Positions 46,882 through 59,075 of a stretch of DNA of 64,000 nt are shown here, one piece after another; position 1 is the first letter of the stretch; the number at the start of each line of letters is the position of its first letter. The notes under the pieces are model-generated. The model saw only the letters and a list, made by a program, of their open reading frames with translations, did no database searches and was not told the DNA's origin. Both the position numbers and the translations under genes were made by a program. This DNA comes from an uncultured Candidatus Saccharibacteria bacterium (GTDB lineage Bacteria; Patescibacteriota; Minisyncoccia; Portnoybacterales; UBA2143). The stretch is from assembly GCA_964594155.1 (NCBI GenBank), contig CAZQLH010000001.1:1448-65447 (forward strand), given 5' to 3'.

Positions 46882-47634
46882 ATGTCTGATTATTATAAGG
46901 CGAAAAGAACATACGGGCTTTTTAATCCTAATACAGGAAGATATTTTAAATTGAGCAGATCTAAAATAGATCTTTTTATAAGCTGTCCTCGGTGTTTTTA
47001 TATAGACCGCAAATTAGGGGTTAATCGGCCGCCTATGTTTCCATATACTCTTAATTCAGCAGTAGATGCTTTGCTTAAGAAAGAATTTGATGTTCATCGT
47101 GCTGAAAACAAAGCTCATCCGATGATGGAGCATTATAATATAAATGCTGTTCCTTTTCAGCATGAAAAAATGAATGATTGGCGCAATACGTTTGTTGGCG
47201 TTCAATATCTGCACCAGCCAACTAATTTTTTGGTTTTTGGCGCTATTGATGATATTTGGATTAATCCCCAAAAAGAATTAATGATTGTTGACTATAAGTC
47301 CACAGCTAAAGCAGGGGAGATAAATTTAGATGCTGATTGGCAGATTGGATATAAGAGGCAGATGGAGATTTATCAATGGCTTTTTAGAAAAAATGACTTT
47401 AATGTTTCTAATACAGGCTATTTTGTCTATGCTAACGGCAAAAGAGACAAAGAAGCTTTTGACAAAAAACTAGAATTTGACGTATATGTTCTGCCATATG
47501 ATGGCAATGATGATTGGGTGGAAAAAGCAATTACCGACGCTTATAAGTGTTTAATGGGCAATAAGATACCTGAAGCAGATAAAGATTGTGATTATTGTAA
47601 TTATCGCGAAGCAGTTAAAGATGTGGAAAAATAA
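46882..47634 (+). CDS. PD-(D/E)XK nuclease (AddB/RecB-like, Fe-S staple)
   Basis: LSRS, CPRC, GAIDD, VDYKS, Q...Y, C..C. Confidence 0.85.
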   Translation: MSDYYKAKRTYGLFNPNTGRYFKLSRSKIDLFISCPRCFYIDRKLGVNRPPMFPYTLNSAVDALLKKEFDVHRAENKAHPMMEHYNINAVPFQHEKMNDWRNTFVGVQYLHQPTNFLVFGAIDDIWINPQKELMIVDYKSTAKAGEINLDADWQIGYKRQMEIYQWLFRKNDFNVSNTGYFVYANGKRDKEAFDKKLEFDVYVLPYDGNDDWVEKAITDAYKCLMGNKIPEADKDCDYCNYREAVKDVEK

Positions 47635-47864
47635 TGTTGATTAAAGTAAAAGTTTTTCCAGATGCTGGAAAACAAGAAATAATTAAAAAAAACCAAGATA
47701 GTTTTGAAATTTGGGTTAAAGAAAAACCTATTCAAGGCCAAGCTAATCAAGCTGTAATCAGCGCATTAGCTGGTTATTTAAGAATTCCTCGCGCAAACAT
47801 CAGATTAATTAAAGGATTTAAGCAAAGGAATAAGATTTTTGAAATAAATGAATCTAATAATTGA
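47634..47864 (+). CDS. DUF167/YggU family protein
   Basis: VKV.P, P..G.AN, G...R.K. Confidence 0.88.
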   Translation: MLIKVKVFPDAGKQEIIKKNQDSFEIWVKEKPIQGQANQAVISALAGYLRIPRANIRLIKGFKQRNKIFEINESNN

Positions 47865-48099
47865 TCTATCAAAAAAAGAACCTTGTTTGGTTTTAAAGCA
47901 GGGAAATAAGGAAATTGTCAGACATTGCTGGGCTGGCCTTTATCAATTAAGCGAGACATTGATTTTAGAAATTGACAAGTTTTTAAAAAAAAGTAAGATT
48001 AAATTAGATGATATTAAAAAGATTAAAGTTATTCCTAGCAAGGAATCAATAGTTAGCAATAGGATTGCTAAAGCTATAGCTTTAGGATTGAAAGTTTAG
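47848..48099 (+). CDS. Short TsaB-like protein
   Basis: LSE.L...ID.FL, RIA.A.A.GL; only 83 aa. Confidence 0.55.
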   Translation: MNLIIDLSKKEPCLVLKQGNKEIVRHCWAGLYQLSETLILEIDKFLKKSKIKLDDIKKIKVIPSKESIVSNRIAKAIALGLKV

Positions 48100-48166
48100 C
48101 AAAAAAGGAGGGCCAAGCCATAAGGGTTTGGTCTTATTAGTTTTTTGACAATATATAAAAAAGGAA

Positions 48167-48895
48167 ATGATTATGAAACCGAATGACAGGATTATTACAG
48201 ATCAAAAAAGCGTAATTGTGTCGGCTGATGTTTCAGAGCTTGGCGGATTAGAATATTTAATCCAAAATATTAAAGGAGTTCTGGGAATCAAAGGAATTAA
48301 GATTGGATTTAGAATGGCGTTTCAGGGTATTAAAAAGGCAGTCCATATAATTAATAAATACAATTTTAATATGCCTGTTATTTACGACCATCAAAAAGCT
48401 GGAAATGACATTCCGGCAATGGGCAAGGGTTTTGCCGAAGATCTAAAAGGTGCTGGCGTAACCGCGGCAATTCTTTTTCCTTTTGCCGGGCCAGATACCC
48501 AGGAAATGTGGACAAGGGCATGTTTTGACGCCGGGCTTCAAGTTTTAACCGGCGGGATAATGACTCATCCCAAGTTTTTATCCAGCGAAGGCGGCTATAT
48601 TGCCGATGACGTTCCTGAAAGAATATTTCGTTTTGCTTGTCAGCTTGGTGTTAAGCATTTTGTAGTTCCGGGAAATAAGCTGCATTGGGTAAAGTATTTA
48701 CGGAGTATTCTTGTCCGGGAGCTTGGCGAAGATAATTTTGTTCTTTACGCGCCTGGCTTTATCGATCAAGGCGGCAACATTAACGAATGCGCGGCAATTG
48801 CCGGCAAAGAATGGCATGCTATTGTGGGCTCAGCGATTTATAAGGCGAAAAATATCCGGCAAGCCGCTATTACAGTAACTCAACAGATTATCTGA
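48167..48895 (+). CDS. pyrF: Orotidine-5'-phosphate decarboxylase
   Basis: DHQKAGNDIP, MTHP, VVPGN, PG...QGG, IVGSAIY; next to pyrE. Confidence 0.85.
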   Translation: MIMKPNDRIITDQKSVIVSADVSELGGLEYLIQNIKGVLGIKGIKIGFRMAFQGIKKAVHIINKYNFNMPVIYDHQKAGNDIPAMGKGFAEDLKGAGVTAAILFPFAGPDTQEMWTRACFDAGLQVLTGGIMTHPKFLSSEGGYIADDVPERIFRFACQLGVKHFVVPGNKLHWVKYLRSILVRELGEDNFVLYAPGFIDQGGNINECAAIAGKEWHAIVGSAIYKAKNIRQAAITVTQQII

Positions 48896-48913
48896 TTTTA
48901 AGGAGGTGAGATT

Positions 48914-49627
48914 GTGAGTAAAAAGGATAAATTCATAAAAGAATCAGGCGCTATTGCTGAAGGTCATTTTGTATATAAGGCGGGCTGGGCTCATGGAAAC
49001 CTTTATATTAATAAGGAAAAATTTCCAAAAATGGGATCAATAAAATTATCAAATCTTATTCGGCAAGCAGGATATAATGCCTTGGTTTTGGGTCTGGAGT
49101 TTGGAGAAGCAAAAGAAATAGGGATTATTGGTCCGGCTTATGGAGCTATTCCATTCAGCTTAACATTAGCTGCGTACTTTGAAGAACAAAGGCCTGATAT
49201 TTTATTTTATCCTGCCCGTACCGAGCTTGTTAAAAATGAAAAAGGCAGGAATGTCCATATTATTCCAGATAAGTTGTTAGAAGATTATCAAAACAGCGCT
49301 TTTATCGTATTTGAGGATATTGTTAATAACGGCACCACAATCAGGGAAGTAGCCGAGCTTTTCAGAAAAAAAGCCGATTCAAGAATTATAGCCGCGATTT
49401 GTTTTGTGGATAGAACCGGCCACACGCCTAAATCATTGGGAATAGAACAACATCATCCTTATTTTGTGAAAAAGATGGAACAATATGATATTCGGCAAAA
49501 ACCATGCCCGCAATGCCAGGCAGGAATTCCTATTACTACTGATATTGGCAAAGGCAAAGAATGGGTAGCGATGTTTGGACATCCGCCTTATTCTGATGAT
49601 GTTGATTTCTCAGCATTCTGGGCATAA
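48914..49627 (+). CDS. pyrE: Orotate phosphoribosyltransferase-like protein
   Basis: EGHF, G.H...YINK, FEDIVNNGTT PRPP motif, CPQC. Confidence 0.8.
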   Translation: MSKKDKFIKESGAIAEGHFVYKAGWAHGNLYINKEKFPKMGSIKLSNLIRQAGYNALVLGLEFGEAKEIGIIGPAYGAIPFSLTLAAYFEEQRPDILFYPARTELVKNEKGRNVHIIPDKLLEDYQNSAFIVFEDIVNNGTTIREVAELFRKKADSRIIAAICFVDRTGHTPKSLGIEQHHPYFVKKMEQYDIRQKPCPQCQAGIPITTDIGKGKEWVAMFGHPPYSDDVDFSAFWA

Positions 49628-49722
49628 AAACGGAGGAAATTATTAATAAAAAGGCATTTGATTCTGGATTAACCGGGATTAAACGCCTTTTTTATTTGTT
49701 AGAGATAAGGTATGATAAAATC

Positions 49723-50700
49723 ATGGCTTTGCTAAGCTTAGAAAAATCTATTTTATCTACTTTAGTGTATTATGATGTATTGGATCGGCCTTTGACTGGC
49801 TGGGAGGTTTTTAAGTATTTAATTAAAGGAAAATCTAATATTAAAGAAATTAAATTAAATAATGTTTTAGAAGCTTTAGAAAATAATCAAGAATTAGCCA
49901 AGTTTATTAATCAAAAAAACGGGTTGTATTTTTTAAAAAACAGGGGAAGTATTACTAAAAAGAGAATTGAACGCCAGAAAATATCTGATCAGAAAAGAAA
50001 GAAGGTTAAACAAATAGTTAAATTTATTCAAGTAATTCCTTTTGTTCGTTCAATAATGGTAAGCGGTTCCTTAGCCATGAATAACACTAAGGAAGAATCA
50101 GATATTGATTTATTGATTGTTGCTAAAGCAGGCAGAATTTGGACTTGCAGGGGATTAATAACTTTATTCATCCATCTTATTGGCCAGCGTCGCCATAGCA
50201 ATTTAACAAAAGACAGATTTTGCCTTAATCACTATATTGCTGATAAATCTTTAAAAATTCCTTTTCAAAGCTTATACAATGCCCAGACCTATGTTCATTT
50301 AATTCCTTTTTGGCAAGCTGAATCAGGTTTAGATAATAAGTTTCAAAAATCAAACCAATGGATTAAAGATTATCTATTTTTTTATTCGGACAATAAAGGA
50401 GGGTATTTAAAAACAGTAAAAGATAATCAATTTTTTAATTCTGTAAGAAAATTCAAGGAATCTATTCTTGACAGAAGAATAGGTAATATTATAGAATTTC
50501 TTTTTAAAAGATTTCAAGAAAAAAGAATTAAAAAAGATCCTTTGACATATCAAGCAGGCGGCAGAGTTATTTTTAATGATCAGCAATTAGAATTTCATCC
50601 TGATTCGCCGGAAAAATGGATTTTAGAGAAATATAATGATAAGATGAAAAAATTGGGCTTTCCTGAATTAGGACAAGAAGCAGATTCAGGATTGATTTAA
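49723..50700 (+). CDS. Nucleotidyltransferase-domain protein
   Basis: SGSLA....SDIDL, W..R, CLNH. Confidence 0.8.
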   Translation: MALLSLEKSILSTLVYYDVLDRPLTGWEVFKYLIKGKSNIKEIKLNNVLEALENNQELAKFINQKNGLYFLKNRGSITKKRIERQKISDQKRKKVKQIVKFIQVIPFVRSIMVSGSLAMNNTKEESDIDLLIVAKAGRIWTCRGLITLFIHLIGQRRHSNLTKDRFCLNHYIADKSLKIPFQSLYNAQTYVHLIPFWQAESGLDNKFQKSNQWIKDYLFFYSDNKGGYLKTVKDNQFFNSVRKFKESILDRRIGNIIEFLFKRFQEKRIKKDPLTYQAGGRVIFNDQQLEFHPDSPEKWILEKYNDKMKKLGFPELGQEADSGLI

Positions 50701-50814
50701 GTGTTGACAGTTTTAATATATTTAGTTAAGATATAAAAAAGAAGCAAAAGTATTAAATAATGAACAATATTTTTTTATTGTTTTTTGTTTACTGCTTTCT
50801 GTTTATTAAATATT

Positions 50815-51093
50815 ATGAATATTAAACCATTAGCAGACAGGGTTCTAATTGAACCAATTTCAGTTGAAGAAAAAACAAAATCAGGCATTATTATACCTGA
50901 TACAGTAGATAAAGAGAAATCAGAGCAAGGTAAAATAGTTGCAGTTGGCCCAGGCAAGCCTGATAAGCAAATGACCGTAAAAAAGGGCGATATTGTCTTG
51001 TTTACTAAATACGGACCAAATGAAATTAAAATTGATAATAAAGAATATTTAATTGCCAGAGAAGAAGATATTCTGGCTATTTTGGAAAAATAA
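50815..51093 (+). CDS. groES: Co-chaperonin GroES
   Basis: IKPLADRV, KTKSGIIIP, AVGPG, EEDILA. Confidence 0.95.
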   Translation: MNIKPLADRVLIEPISVEEKTKSGIIIPDTVDKEKSEQGKIVAVGPGKPDKQMTVKKGDIVLFTKYGPNEIKIDNKEYLIAREEDILAILEK

Positions 51094-52752
<1,659 letters not shown>

Positions 52753-52768
52753 GAATTGATTATTTAAT

Positions 52769-52803
52769 TAAAACAGCCCTGATATTGCGTTAGGGCTGTT
52801 TTT
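52769..52803 (+). terminator. groEL terminator
   Basis: AAAACAGCCCT...AGGGCTGTTTTT. Confidence 0.7.
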
Positions 52804-52838
52804 TGTTTATAATTAAAAGTGAAAGGAGAAATAATAAT

Positions 52839-53390
52839 ATGATATTTTTATGGATTTTTATAGGTATAGTTGTTGTTATAGCTTTATGGCTAATAGCAGT
52901 TTATAATATCCTAATTAAGTTAAAAAACAGGACTGATGAGGCCTGGTCAGATATAGACGTCCAATTAAAAAGGCGCTATGATTTAATTCCTAATTTAATC
53001 AGCGCGGTTAAAGGCTATGCCCAGCACGAAAAAGAGCTTTTTGAGAAAGTAACCCAAGCTCGTACTGCAGCTATGGGAGCTCAAGGTCCAGCAGATAAAT
53101 CTCAAGCAGAAAACATGCTGGCTGGCGCTTTAAAATCCTTATTTGCCGTGGCAGAAAATTATCCTGATCTTAAAGCTAATGAAAACTTCTTAGAGCTGCA
53201 AAAAGAATTAAGCGATACAGAGAATAAGATTCAAGCATCTCGAAGATTCTATAATGGCAATGTGCGTGATTTCAACATTAAGATTGAGATATTTCCTAAT
53301 AATTTAGTTGCTGGAATGCTTAATTTTGCTAAAAGAGATTTCTTTGAAATTGAAGAAGGAGAGAAAGAGCTGGTTAAAGCAAAATTTTAA
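52839..53390 (+). CDS. lemA: LemA family protein
   Basis: AWSDIDVQLKRRYDLIPNL, ENYPDLKAN. Confidence 0.95.
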   Translation: MIFLWIFIGIVVVIALWLIAVYNILIKLKNRTDEAWSDIDVQLKRRYDLIPNLISAVKGYAQHEKELFEKVTQARTAAMGAQGPADKSQAENMLAGALKSLFAVAENYPDLKANENFLELQKELSDTENKIQASRRFYNGNVRDFNIKIEIFPNNLVAGMLNFAKRDFFEIEEGEKELVKAKF

Positions 53391-53398
53391 ATTAAATA

Positions 53399-54289
53399 AT
53401 GGCCACCTTATATACTCAAAAAGATAAAAATATCCGCAGGACTTGGATGTTAATTACTTTTTTTCTGATATTCATTATTGCTTTAGGCTGGGTTTTTTCT
53501 TATCAATTTAACAGTCCAATCATCTTAATTATTGCGGTGGTTTTTAGCACAGTAACAAGCTTTGCTTCTTATTGGTATTCAGATAAGATTGTTTTAGCAA
53601 TGAGCCATGCAAAAGAAGTTAAGCATGATCAAAATCCAGATCTTTATCATTTAGTAGAAAATCTTTGTATTACTGCTGGCTTGCCATTGCCTAAAATATA
53701 TATTATTAATGAAAGCGCGCCTAATGCTTTTGCTACTGGCCGTGATCCAGAACATGCAGTTATAGCAATAACTAGGGGATTATTAGAAAAGTTAGATCGT
53801 TCTGAATTAGAAGGCGTTTTAGCTCATGAATTAAGCCATATTGGCAACAGAGATATTCTTTTGCAAACAGTAGTAGTTATTTTAGTTGGCTTAGTGGCTT
53901 TGCTTTCTGATTGGTTTTTACGTTGGAGTTTCTTTGGACGAAAAAGCAATGATAAAGATACTGGCCAATTAGGAACAATAATGGCTGTAATTGGAATTAT
54001 TTTAGCAATTTTATCGCCATTGATTGCTGTTTTAATTCAAATGTCTGTTTCTAGAAAAAGAGAGTTTTTAGCTGATGCTAGCGGCGCCTTATTAACCCGT
54101 TATCCAGAAGGATTAGCCAAAGCTTTAGAAAAGATTTCTCAAGACCAGACACCATTAAAGGTGGCTAATAAGGCTACGGCGCATATGTATATTACTAATC
54201 CTTTTAGAGGCAAGAAAATTAGTAAAATGTTTATGACTCATCCTCCAACTGAAGAACGAATAAAATCTTTACGCGGGATGGATGTATAA
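53399..54289 (+). CDS. htpX: M48 zinc metalloprotease HtpX
   Basis: PNAFATG, HELSH, REFLAD, THPP. Confidence 0.94.
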   Translation: MATLYTQKDKNIRRTWMLITFFLIFIIALGWVFSYQFNSPIILIIAVVFSTVTSFASYWYSDKIVLAMSHAKEVKHDQNPDLYHLVENLCITAGLPLPKIYIINESAPNAFATGRDPEHAVIAITRGLLEKLDRSELEGVLAHELSHIGNRDILLQTVVVILVGLVALLSDWFLRWSFFGRKSNDKDTGQLGTIMAVIGIILAILSPLIAVLIQMSVSRKREFLADASGALLTRYPEGLAKALEKISQDQTPLKVANKATAHMYITNPFRGKKISKMFMTHPPTEERIKSLRGMDV

Positions 54290-54300
54290 ATTATAAGTTT

Positions 54301-54633
54301 ATGGAAAAGGGTAATTTTGAAAAAGAACCAAAAATTGAAAAACAGGATTTAGAAAATTTTCATCAGGAAATCAGAGAATTAGAAAACAAGGAAATAAGAG
54401 AAAAAGCCGAAAAAGCCGATCCTTATTTTACCAATATGGAAATTAATAAATTAACTGAAGAAGATATGAATATTTGGCATAATTATAAAAAGATGACAAT
54501 AAAAAATATTACTGATGAGGATATTCAGAAATTTGAAAAATACAGAGAAAAGATTGCGAAGAATGACTTAAGCCGCCAATTATTTGCCGGTTTTTTAGCC
54601 AATAAATTGACTAGTCTGTACGACAGAAAATAG
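54301..54633 (+). CDS. Hypothetical protein
   Basis: Charged 110-aa ORF. Confidence 0.6.
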   Translation: MEKGNFEKEPKIEKQDLENFHQEIRELENKEIREKAEKADPYFTNMEINKLTEEDMNIWHNYKKMTIKNITDEDIQKFEKYREKIAKNDLSRQLFAGFLANKLTSLYDRK

Positions 54634-54682
54634 TTTGTTGAAATAAAGAAAAATCCTAAGTAGCGTTTAATTAGGTTTTCAA

Positions 54683-54769
54683 GGAAGGATGGCTGAGTGG
54701 CCGAAGGCGCTTGCTTGGAGAGCAAGTGTGTCAGCAATGGCACCGTGGGTTCGAATCCCACTCCTTCCG
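54683..54769 (+). tRNA. tRNA-Ser(GGA)
   Basis: GGAAGGA/TCCTTCC acceptor stem, CTTGC-TTGGAGA-GCAAG anticodon arm, long variable arm, GGTTCGAATCC; CCA not encoded. Confidence 0.93.
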
Positions 54770-54822
54770 CCGTCAGGGTGGGGTAGATATTGACACTGTT
54801 ATCGCGATACGTTAATATTACT

Positions 54823-55104
54823 ATGATTAAAAGTTTTCAATGTAAAGAAACACAAAAATTATTTAAAAGGGAGTATTCTCATAAAATTTCTCATTCAATA
54901 CAAAAAGTGGCTATGCGCAAACTTTGGATGATAGATGCCGCGACAACGCTTAATGATCTTAGAATACCTCCATCAAATCATCTTGAAAAATTACACGGAA
55001 AGAGAAAAAAACAACATAGTATTCGTATTAATAAACAATGGCGAATATGTTTTATATGGCGTCAAGGCGACGCATATAATGTAGAAATAACTGATTATCA
55101 TTAA
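54823..55104 (+). CDS. higB: HigB/RelE-type toxin
   Basis: MIKSF, DLRIPPSNHLEKL.G, SIRINKQWRICF. Confidence 0.92.
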   Translation: MIKSFQCKETQKLFKREYSHKISHSIQKVAMRKLWMIDAATTLNDLRIPPSNHLEKLHGKRKKQHSIRINKQWRICFIWRQGDAYNVEITDYH

Positions 55105-55119
55105 TTAAATATAATTAAT

Positions 55120-55425
55120 ATGGCTAATAAAAAAATACAACCAATTTATCCAGGAGAAATCCTTAAAGAAGAATTTCTAAAGCCGTTTAATATTACGCAA
55201 TATCGTTTAGCAAAAGACATTAGCGTGTCGCCTCGGCGAATAAATGAAATTGTTCATGGAACACGGGCTATTACTGCTGATACCGCGCTTCGTTTAGGCA
55301 GATATTTTGGCGTTTCTCCGCAGTTTTGGCTCAATCTGCAATCGCGCTACGAATTAGAAACACAAGCAGAAAAATTATCCAGCAAACTTCAGAATGAAGT
55401 AAAAATTTTACAGCCCGCAGTTTAG
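55120..55425 (+). CDS. higA: HigA antitoxin
   Basis: PGEILKEEFL, AITADTALRL, FWLNLQ. Confidence 0.93.
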   Translation: MANKKIQPIYPGEILKEEFLKPFNITQYRLAKDISVSPRRINEIVHGTRAITADTALRLGRYFGVSPQFWLNLQSRYELETQAEKLSSKLQNEVKILQPAV

Positions 55426-55444
55426 AAAGGCAAATTAAACTAAA

Positions 55445-56179
55445 ATGCTTAGAAAAAGCTTAATAATCCTTATTTCTTTAACTATTCTATTAGGGGTTTT
55501 TGGCTTTGTTCAAGCTGATTCAGATAAAATCTATTTTTACCAGTTAATTAATGTAGATATTGCTGTTAATCCAGACAGCACTTTTGATGTGATTGAGAAG
55601 CAGACATATAATTTATTAGGCAGCTTTGGATATTTTTCGCATAATATTAAATTAAAAGGATTAGACCATATTTCTGATATTGAAGTTTTTAACAGCCAGG
55701 GCAGGAAATTAAACAAAGACGAGTACAAACTTTCGCGTAAGATCGGCCAATGGCATGTTCAATGGAATTTTCCCAGGAAGAATTTTGGACATGAAATTAT
55801 GTCATGGACTATTAAGTACAAGGTTCATGGAGGATTAGGTTTTTTTGATGATTATGACGAGCTTTGCTGGAATGCTATTTTTGCTGACAGAACTGTTCCA
55901 GTGGTTGAAGCTAATGTAATGGTTCATTTGCCAGATGGAGCAAAAATCATTAATCAAAGCGGTAATTTTGATGTTATTGATGATAAAACAATCCGTTTTT
56001 GGGGATACAATATTGAGCCGGGAGAGTTTTTAACTATTATGACTGCTTGGCCTAAAGGAATAGTTGAAAAGCCGTTTCTTTATCGCAATCAGATAATTAA
56101 TTTAATCTTTTTATTAATCGTTTTAATTTTGTCAGTATTTATTATTAAAGCTTATAAAACATGGCTAATTCACCAGTAG
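55445..56179 (+). CDS. DUF2207-like membrane protein, probably C-terminally truncated
   Basis: D.....E, Y.V.G....F..YDEL.WNA, WPKG; ends after the first TM helix, overlapping dnaG. Confidence 0.65.
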   Translation: MLRKSLIILISLTILLGVFGFVQADSDKIYFYQLINVDIAVNPDSTFDVIEKQTYNLLGSFGYFSHNIKLKGLDHISDIEVFNSQGRKLNKDEYKLSRKIGQWHVQWNFPRKNFGHEIMSWTIKYKVHGGLGFFDDYDELCWNAIFADRTVPVVEANVMVHLPDGAKIINQSGNFDVIDDKTIRFWGYNIEPGEFLTIMTAWPKGIVEKPFLYRNQIINLIFLLIVLILSVFIIKAYKTWLIHQ

Positions 56180-57942
56180 ATGAGATTAAAAATAAGTTAG
56201 ATATAGTGGATCTAATTGGAGGATATATCAAACTCCAGAAAGCAGGGCGTAATTACAAGGCGTCTTGTCCTTTCCACTCAGAAAAAACGCCTTCTTTTAT
56301 GGTTTCGCCAGAGAAGCAGCTTTGGCGTTGTTTTGGATGTAATCGAGGAGGAAGTATTTTTGATTTTATTATGGAAATGGAAGGAGTAGAATTTGGCGAT
56401 GCTTTGAAAACCTTGGCTCAACGAACAGGCGTAGAATTAAAAAAAATAGATCCTAAATTAGCAGCTAAATGGCAAACTGAAAGAACCCAGCTTTATGAAA
56501 TCTGTGATTTGGCTAACCGTTTTTTTGTTAAGCAATTAGAAGCAGGCAAAACAGGCAAAGATATTCAGAAGTATTTAGCTAATCGCGGATTAAAATCAAA
56601 AATAATTAAAGATTGGCATATTGGCTATGCCCCTAACCATTGGCAAGGACTTTTGGATTTTTTAAATAACCAGGGATATTCTGACAATCAGATTCTAAAA
56701 ACCGGATTAATAGTTAAAAGCGAGACAGGAAAATCTAAAAGGGGATACTATGACAGATTCAGAGACCGCATTATTTTCCCAGTCAGAAATATTAATGGAG
56801 TGATAGTTGGTTTTTCTGGTCGGGAAAATCCTGATAACCCAAACACCAAAATGGGAAAATACATTAATACTCCCAATACTTTAATTTACGATAAAAGCCA
56901 GATCCTATATGGCTTAGACAAAGCCAAATTAGATATTAGGAAAAAGAACCTCTGTATTTTAGTGGAAGGACAAACTGATGTCATTATGTCGCATCAGGCA
57001 GAATTTAATAATGTTGTGGCTAGTTCAGGCACTGCTTTGACAGAACAGCAATTAAAAATTATTAAACGATATACTCAAAATTTAGCCATGGCTTTTGATA
57101 TGGATTCAGCTGGTGAAATAGCAACCAAAAGAGGTATTGATTTGGCTATTCAATCCGGCCTTAATATTAAAGTAATTAATTTGCCTGATAATCAAGATCC
57201 AGCAGATTGTTTGCAAAACAATGCTTTAGTTTGGTCCCAAGCAGTTGATAAGGCCAAAGGATTTATTGAATTTTATCTAGAAAGCGCGCTTGCTAAAAAT
57301 GATTCTTCTGCAGCTGAGGGAAAAAAAAGAATAAGCCAAGAATTCTTGCCAGTAATAAGGAAGATTCCTAATAAAGTTGAGCAAGCTCATTGGCTGCAAG
57401 AATTAGCCCAGCGTTTAAAAGTGTCAGAAAATGTTTTAATGGAAGAAATGAAGAAACTTAAGGGCTCTTTTGTTAGTAAAACACCAGATTATTTAGAAAA
57501 TAAAGATTATGACAGAATATCAGAAACTAAAACCCCGCTTGAGGAATATACCATAGGGCTTGTTTTGTCTTATCCAAAGATTTTTAGAAAACATAAAAAG
57601 AAATCATGTGATTTTTTTACTAATTCAGATTTAGAAAAAATATATAAAGCCTTAGAAGAGAATAGGGATATAAAAGACGCTAAAAAAGCTTTATCTCCTC
57701 AATTGGCTAAACAAATAGACCATCTTATTTTTAAAACTGAAACCCAAAAAAGTTTAGTTGATGATTTTAAGCCAAAAAAAGAAATAGAATTCTGTTTTGC
57801 TCAATTAGAAAAATGTTGTCTTCAAAGAAAATTAAACAAATTAAACACAGACATTAAAGAAGCTGAGGATAAAAAAGACAAAGTTTCCCTTAAAAAGCTT
57901 TCTCAAGATTTTAATAAACTATCAAAACAAGTAACTTTTTAA
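56161..57942 (+). CDS. dnaG: DNA primase
   Basis: CPFH.EKTPSF, CFGC, DRFR.RIIFP, KYIN, VEG..D, D.D.AG, DPAD. Confidence 0.96.
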   Translation: MANSPVDEIKNKLDIVDLIGGYIKLQKAGRNYKASCPFHSEKTPSFMVSPEKQLWRCFGCNRGGSIFDFIMEMEGVEFGDALKTLAQRTGVELKKIDPKLAAKWQTERTQLYEICDLANRFFVKQLEAGKTGKDIQKYLANRGLKSKIIKDWHIGYAPNHWQGLLDFLNNQGYSDNQILKTGLIVKSETGKSKRGYYDRFRDRIIFPVRNINGVIVGFSGRENPDNPNTKMGKYINTPNTLIYDKSQILYGLDKAKLDIRKKNLCILVEGQTDVIMSHQAEFNNVVASSGTALTEQQLKIIKRYTQNLAMAFDMDSAGEIATKRGIDLAIQSGLNIKVINLPDNQDPADCLQNNALVWSQAVDKAKGFIEFYLESALAKNDSSAAEGKKRISQEFLPVIRKIPNKVEQAHWLQELAQRLKVSENVLMEEMKKLKGSFVSKTPDYLENKDYDRISETKTPLEEYTIGLVLSYPKIFRKHKKKSCDFFTNSDLEKIYKALEENRDIKDAKKALSPQLAKQIDHLIFKTETQKSLVDDFKPKKEIEFCFAQLEKCCLQRKLNKLNTDIKEAEDKKDKVSLKKLSQDFNKLSKQVTF

Positions 57943-57946
57943 TTAT

Positions 57947-59068
57947 ATGCCTAAAAAAACTACAAAAAAAACTAGCCAGCCGCCTAAAAAAAGAACCCGA
58001 CGCCGCAAAAAATTAATTACTCCGGAAAAAATCCAGGAATTAATCATTCGGGGCAGGGAACGCGGATTTATTACAGAATCAGAAATACTTAAATTAATTC
58101 CAAAAATAGAAGAAGATATAACAGGATTAGAGAACGCTTTTGAAGAATTAAGAAAGAATAATATAGAAATAATTGAAACAATTGAATTTTTAGGGAAAAA
58201 GAAAGAAGCAGTCAAAAGCAAAGCATCTCTTAAATTAGAAGCGTCTGATAATGTTCAAATGTATCTGCGTGAAATTGGCCGGGTTCCTTTATTAACCGCT
58301 CAGGAAGAAGTTAAATTAGCTAAACGCATTGAACAAGACGATGAAGAGGCTAGGCAAAAACTAACTCAAGCTAATTTAAGATTGGTGGTTAGCATTGCCA
58401 AAAGATATGCTGGACGGAGTCGCAATTTAAGCTTGCTTGATTTAATTCAAGAAGGAAATATCGGGCTTTTTAAGGCAGTTGAGAAATTTGATTACCATAG
58501 AGGGTATAAGTTTTCTACTTATGCTACTTGGTGGATTCGACAAGCCATTACCAGGGCCTTAGCTGATCAGTCAAGAACTATTCGGATTCCTGTTCATATG
58601 GTTGAAACAATTAGCAAGTATACCCAAATCAAACGCCAGCTTTTACAGGACTTAGGAAGGGAGCCGCTGCCTGAAGAAGTGGCTGTAGAAATGAATGAAC
58701 CCATTGAAAAAATTAGACAGATAATGAAGATTTCACAAGAAACGATTTCTTTGGAAACGCCAATAGGAGATGAAGAAGAAGAAAGCAGTTTAGGAGAATT
58801 TATTAAAGACGAAAAAAGCATTTCTCCTGATCAAATAGCAGCCAGGAAATTACTCCGAAGCCGGCTTAAAGATATTTTAGTTGATTTATCTCCAAGAGAA
58901 CAAAAGATTTTAGAAATGCGTTTTGGCCTAAAAGACGGCATTACCCATACTTTAGAAGAAGTAGGACAGGAATTTGGCGTAACCAGAGAAAGAATCAGGC
59001 AAATTGAAGCTAAGGCATTGGAAAGAATTCGTGAACATGACAGCTCAAAGAAATTAAAAGGATACTAG
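57947..59068 (+). CDS. rpoD: Primary sigma factor
   Basis: [44 protein letters not shown]; follows dnaG. Confidence 0.96.
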   Translation: MPKKTTKKTSQPPKKRTRRRKKLITPEKIQELIIRGRERGFITESEILKLIPKIEEDITGLENAFEELRKNNIEIIETIEFLGKKKEAVKSKASLKLEASDNVQMYLREIGRVPLLTAQEEVKLAKRIEQDDEEARQKLTQANLRLVVSIAKRYAGRSRNLSLLDLIQEGNIGLFKAVEKFDYHRGYKFSTYATWWIRQAITRALADQSRTIRIPVHMVETISKYTQIKRQLLQDLGREPLPEEVAVEMNEPIEKIRQIMKISQETISLETPIGDEEEESSLGEFIKDEKSISPDQIAARKLLRSRLKDILVDLSPREQKILEMRFGLKDGITHTLEEVGQEFGVTRERIRQIEAKALERIREHDSSKKLKGY

Positions 59069-59075
59069 TCTCTAA

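Noticed and set aside
46882-47634. Cas4/CRISPR adaptation gene
   Set aside because: No cas1, cas2 or array; generic PD-(D/E)XK nuclease.
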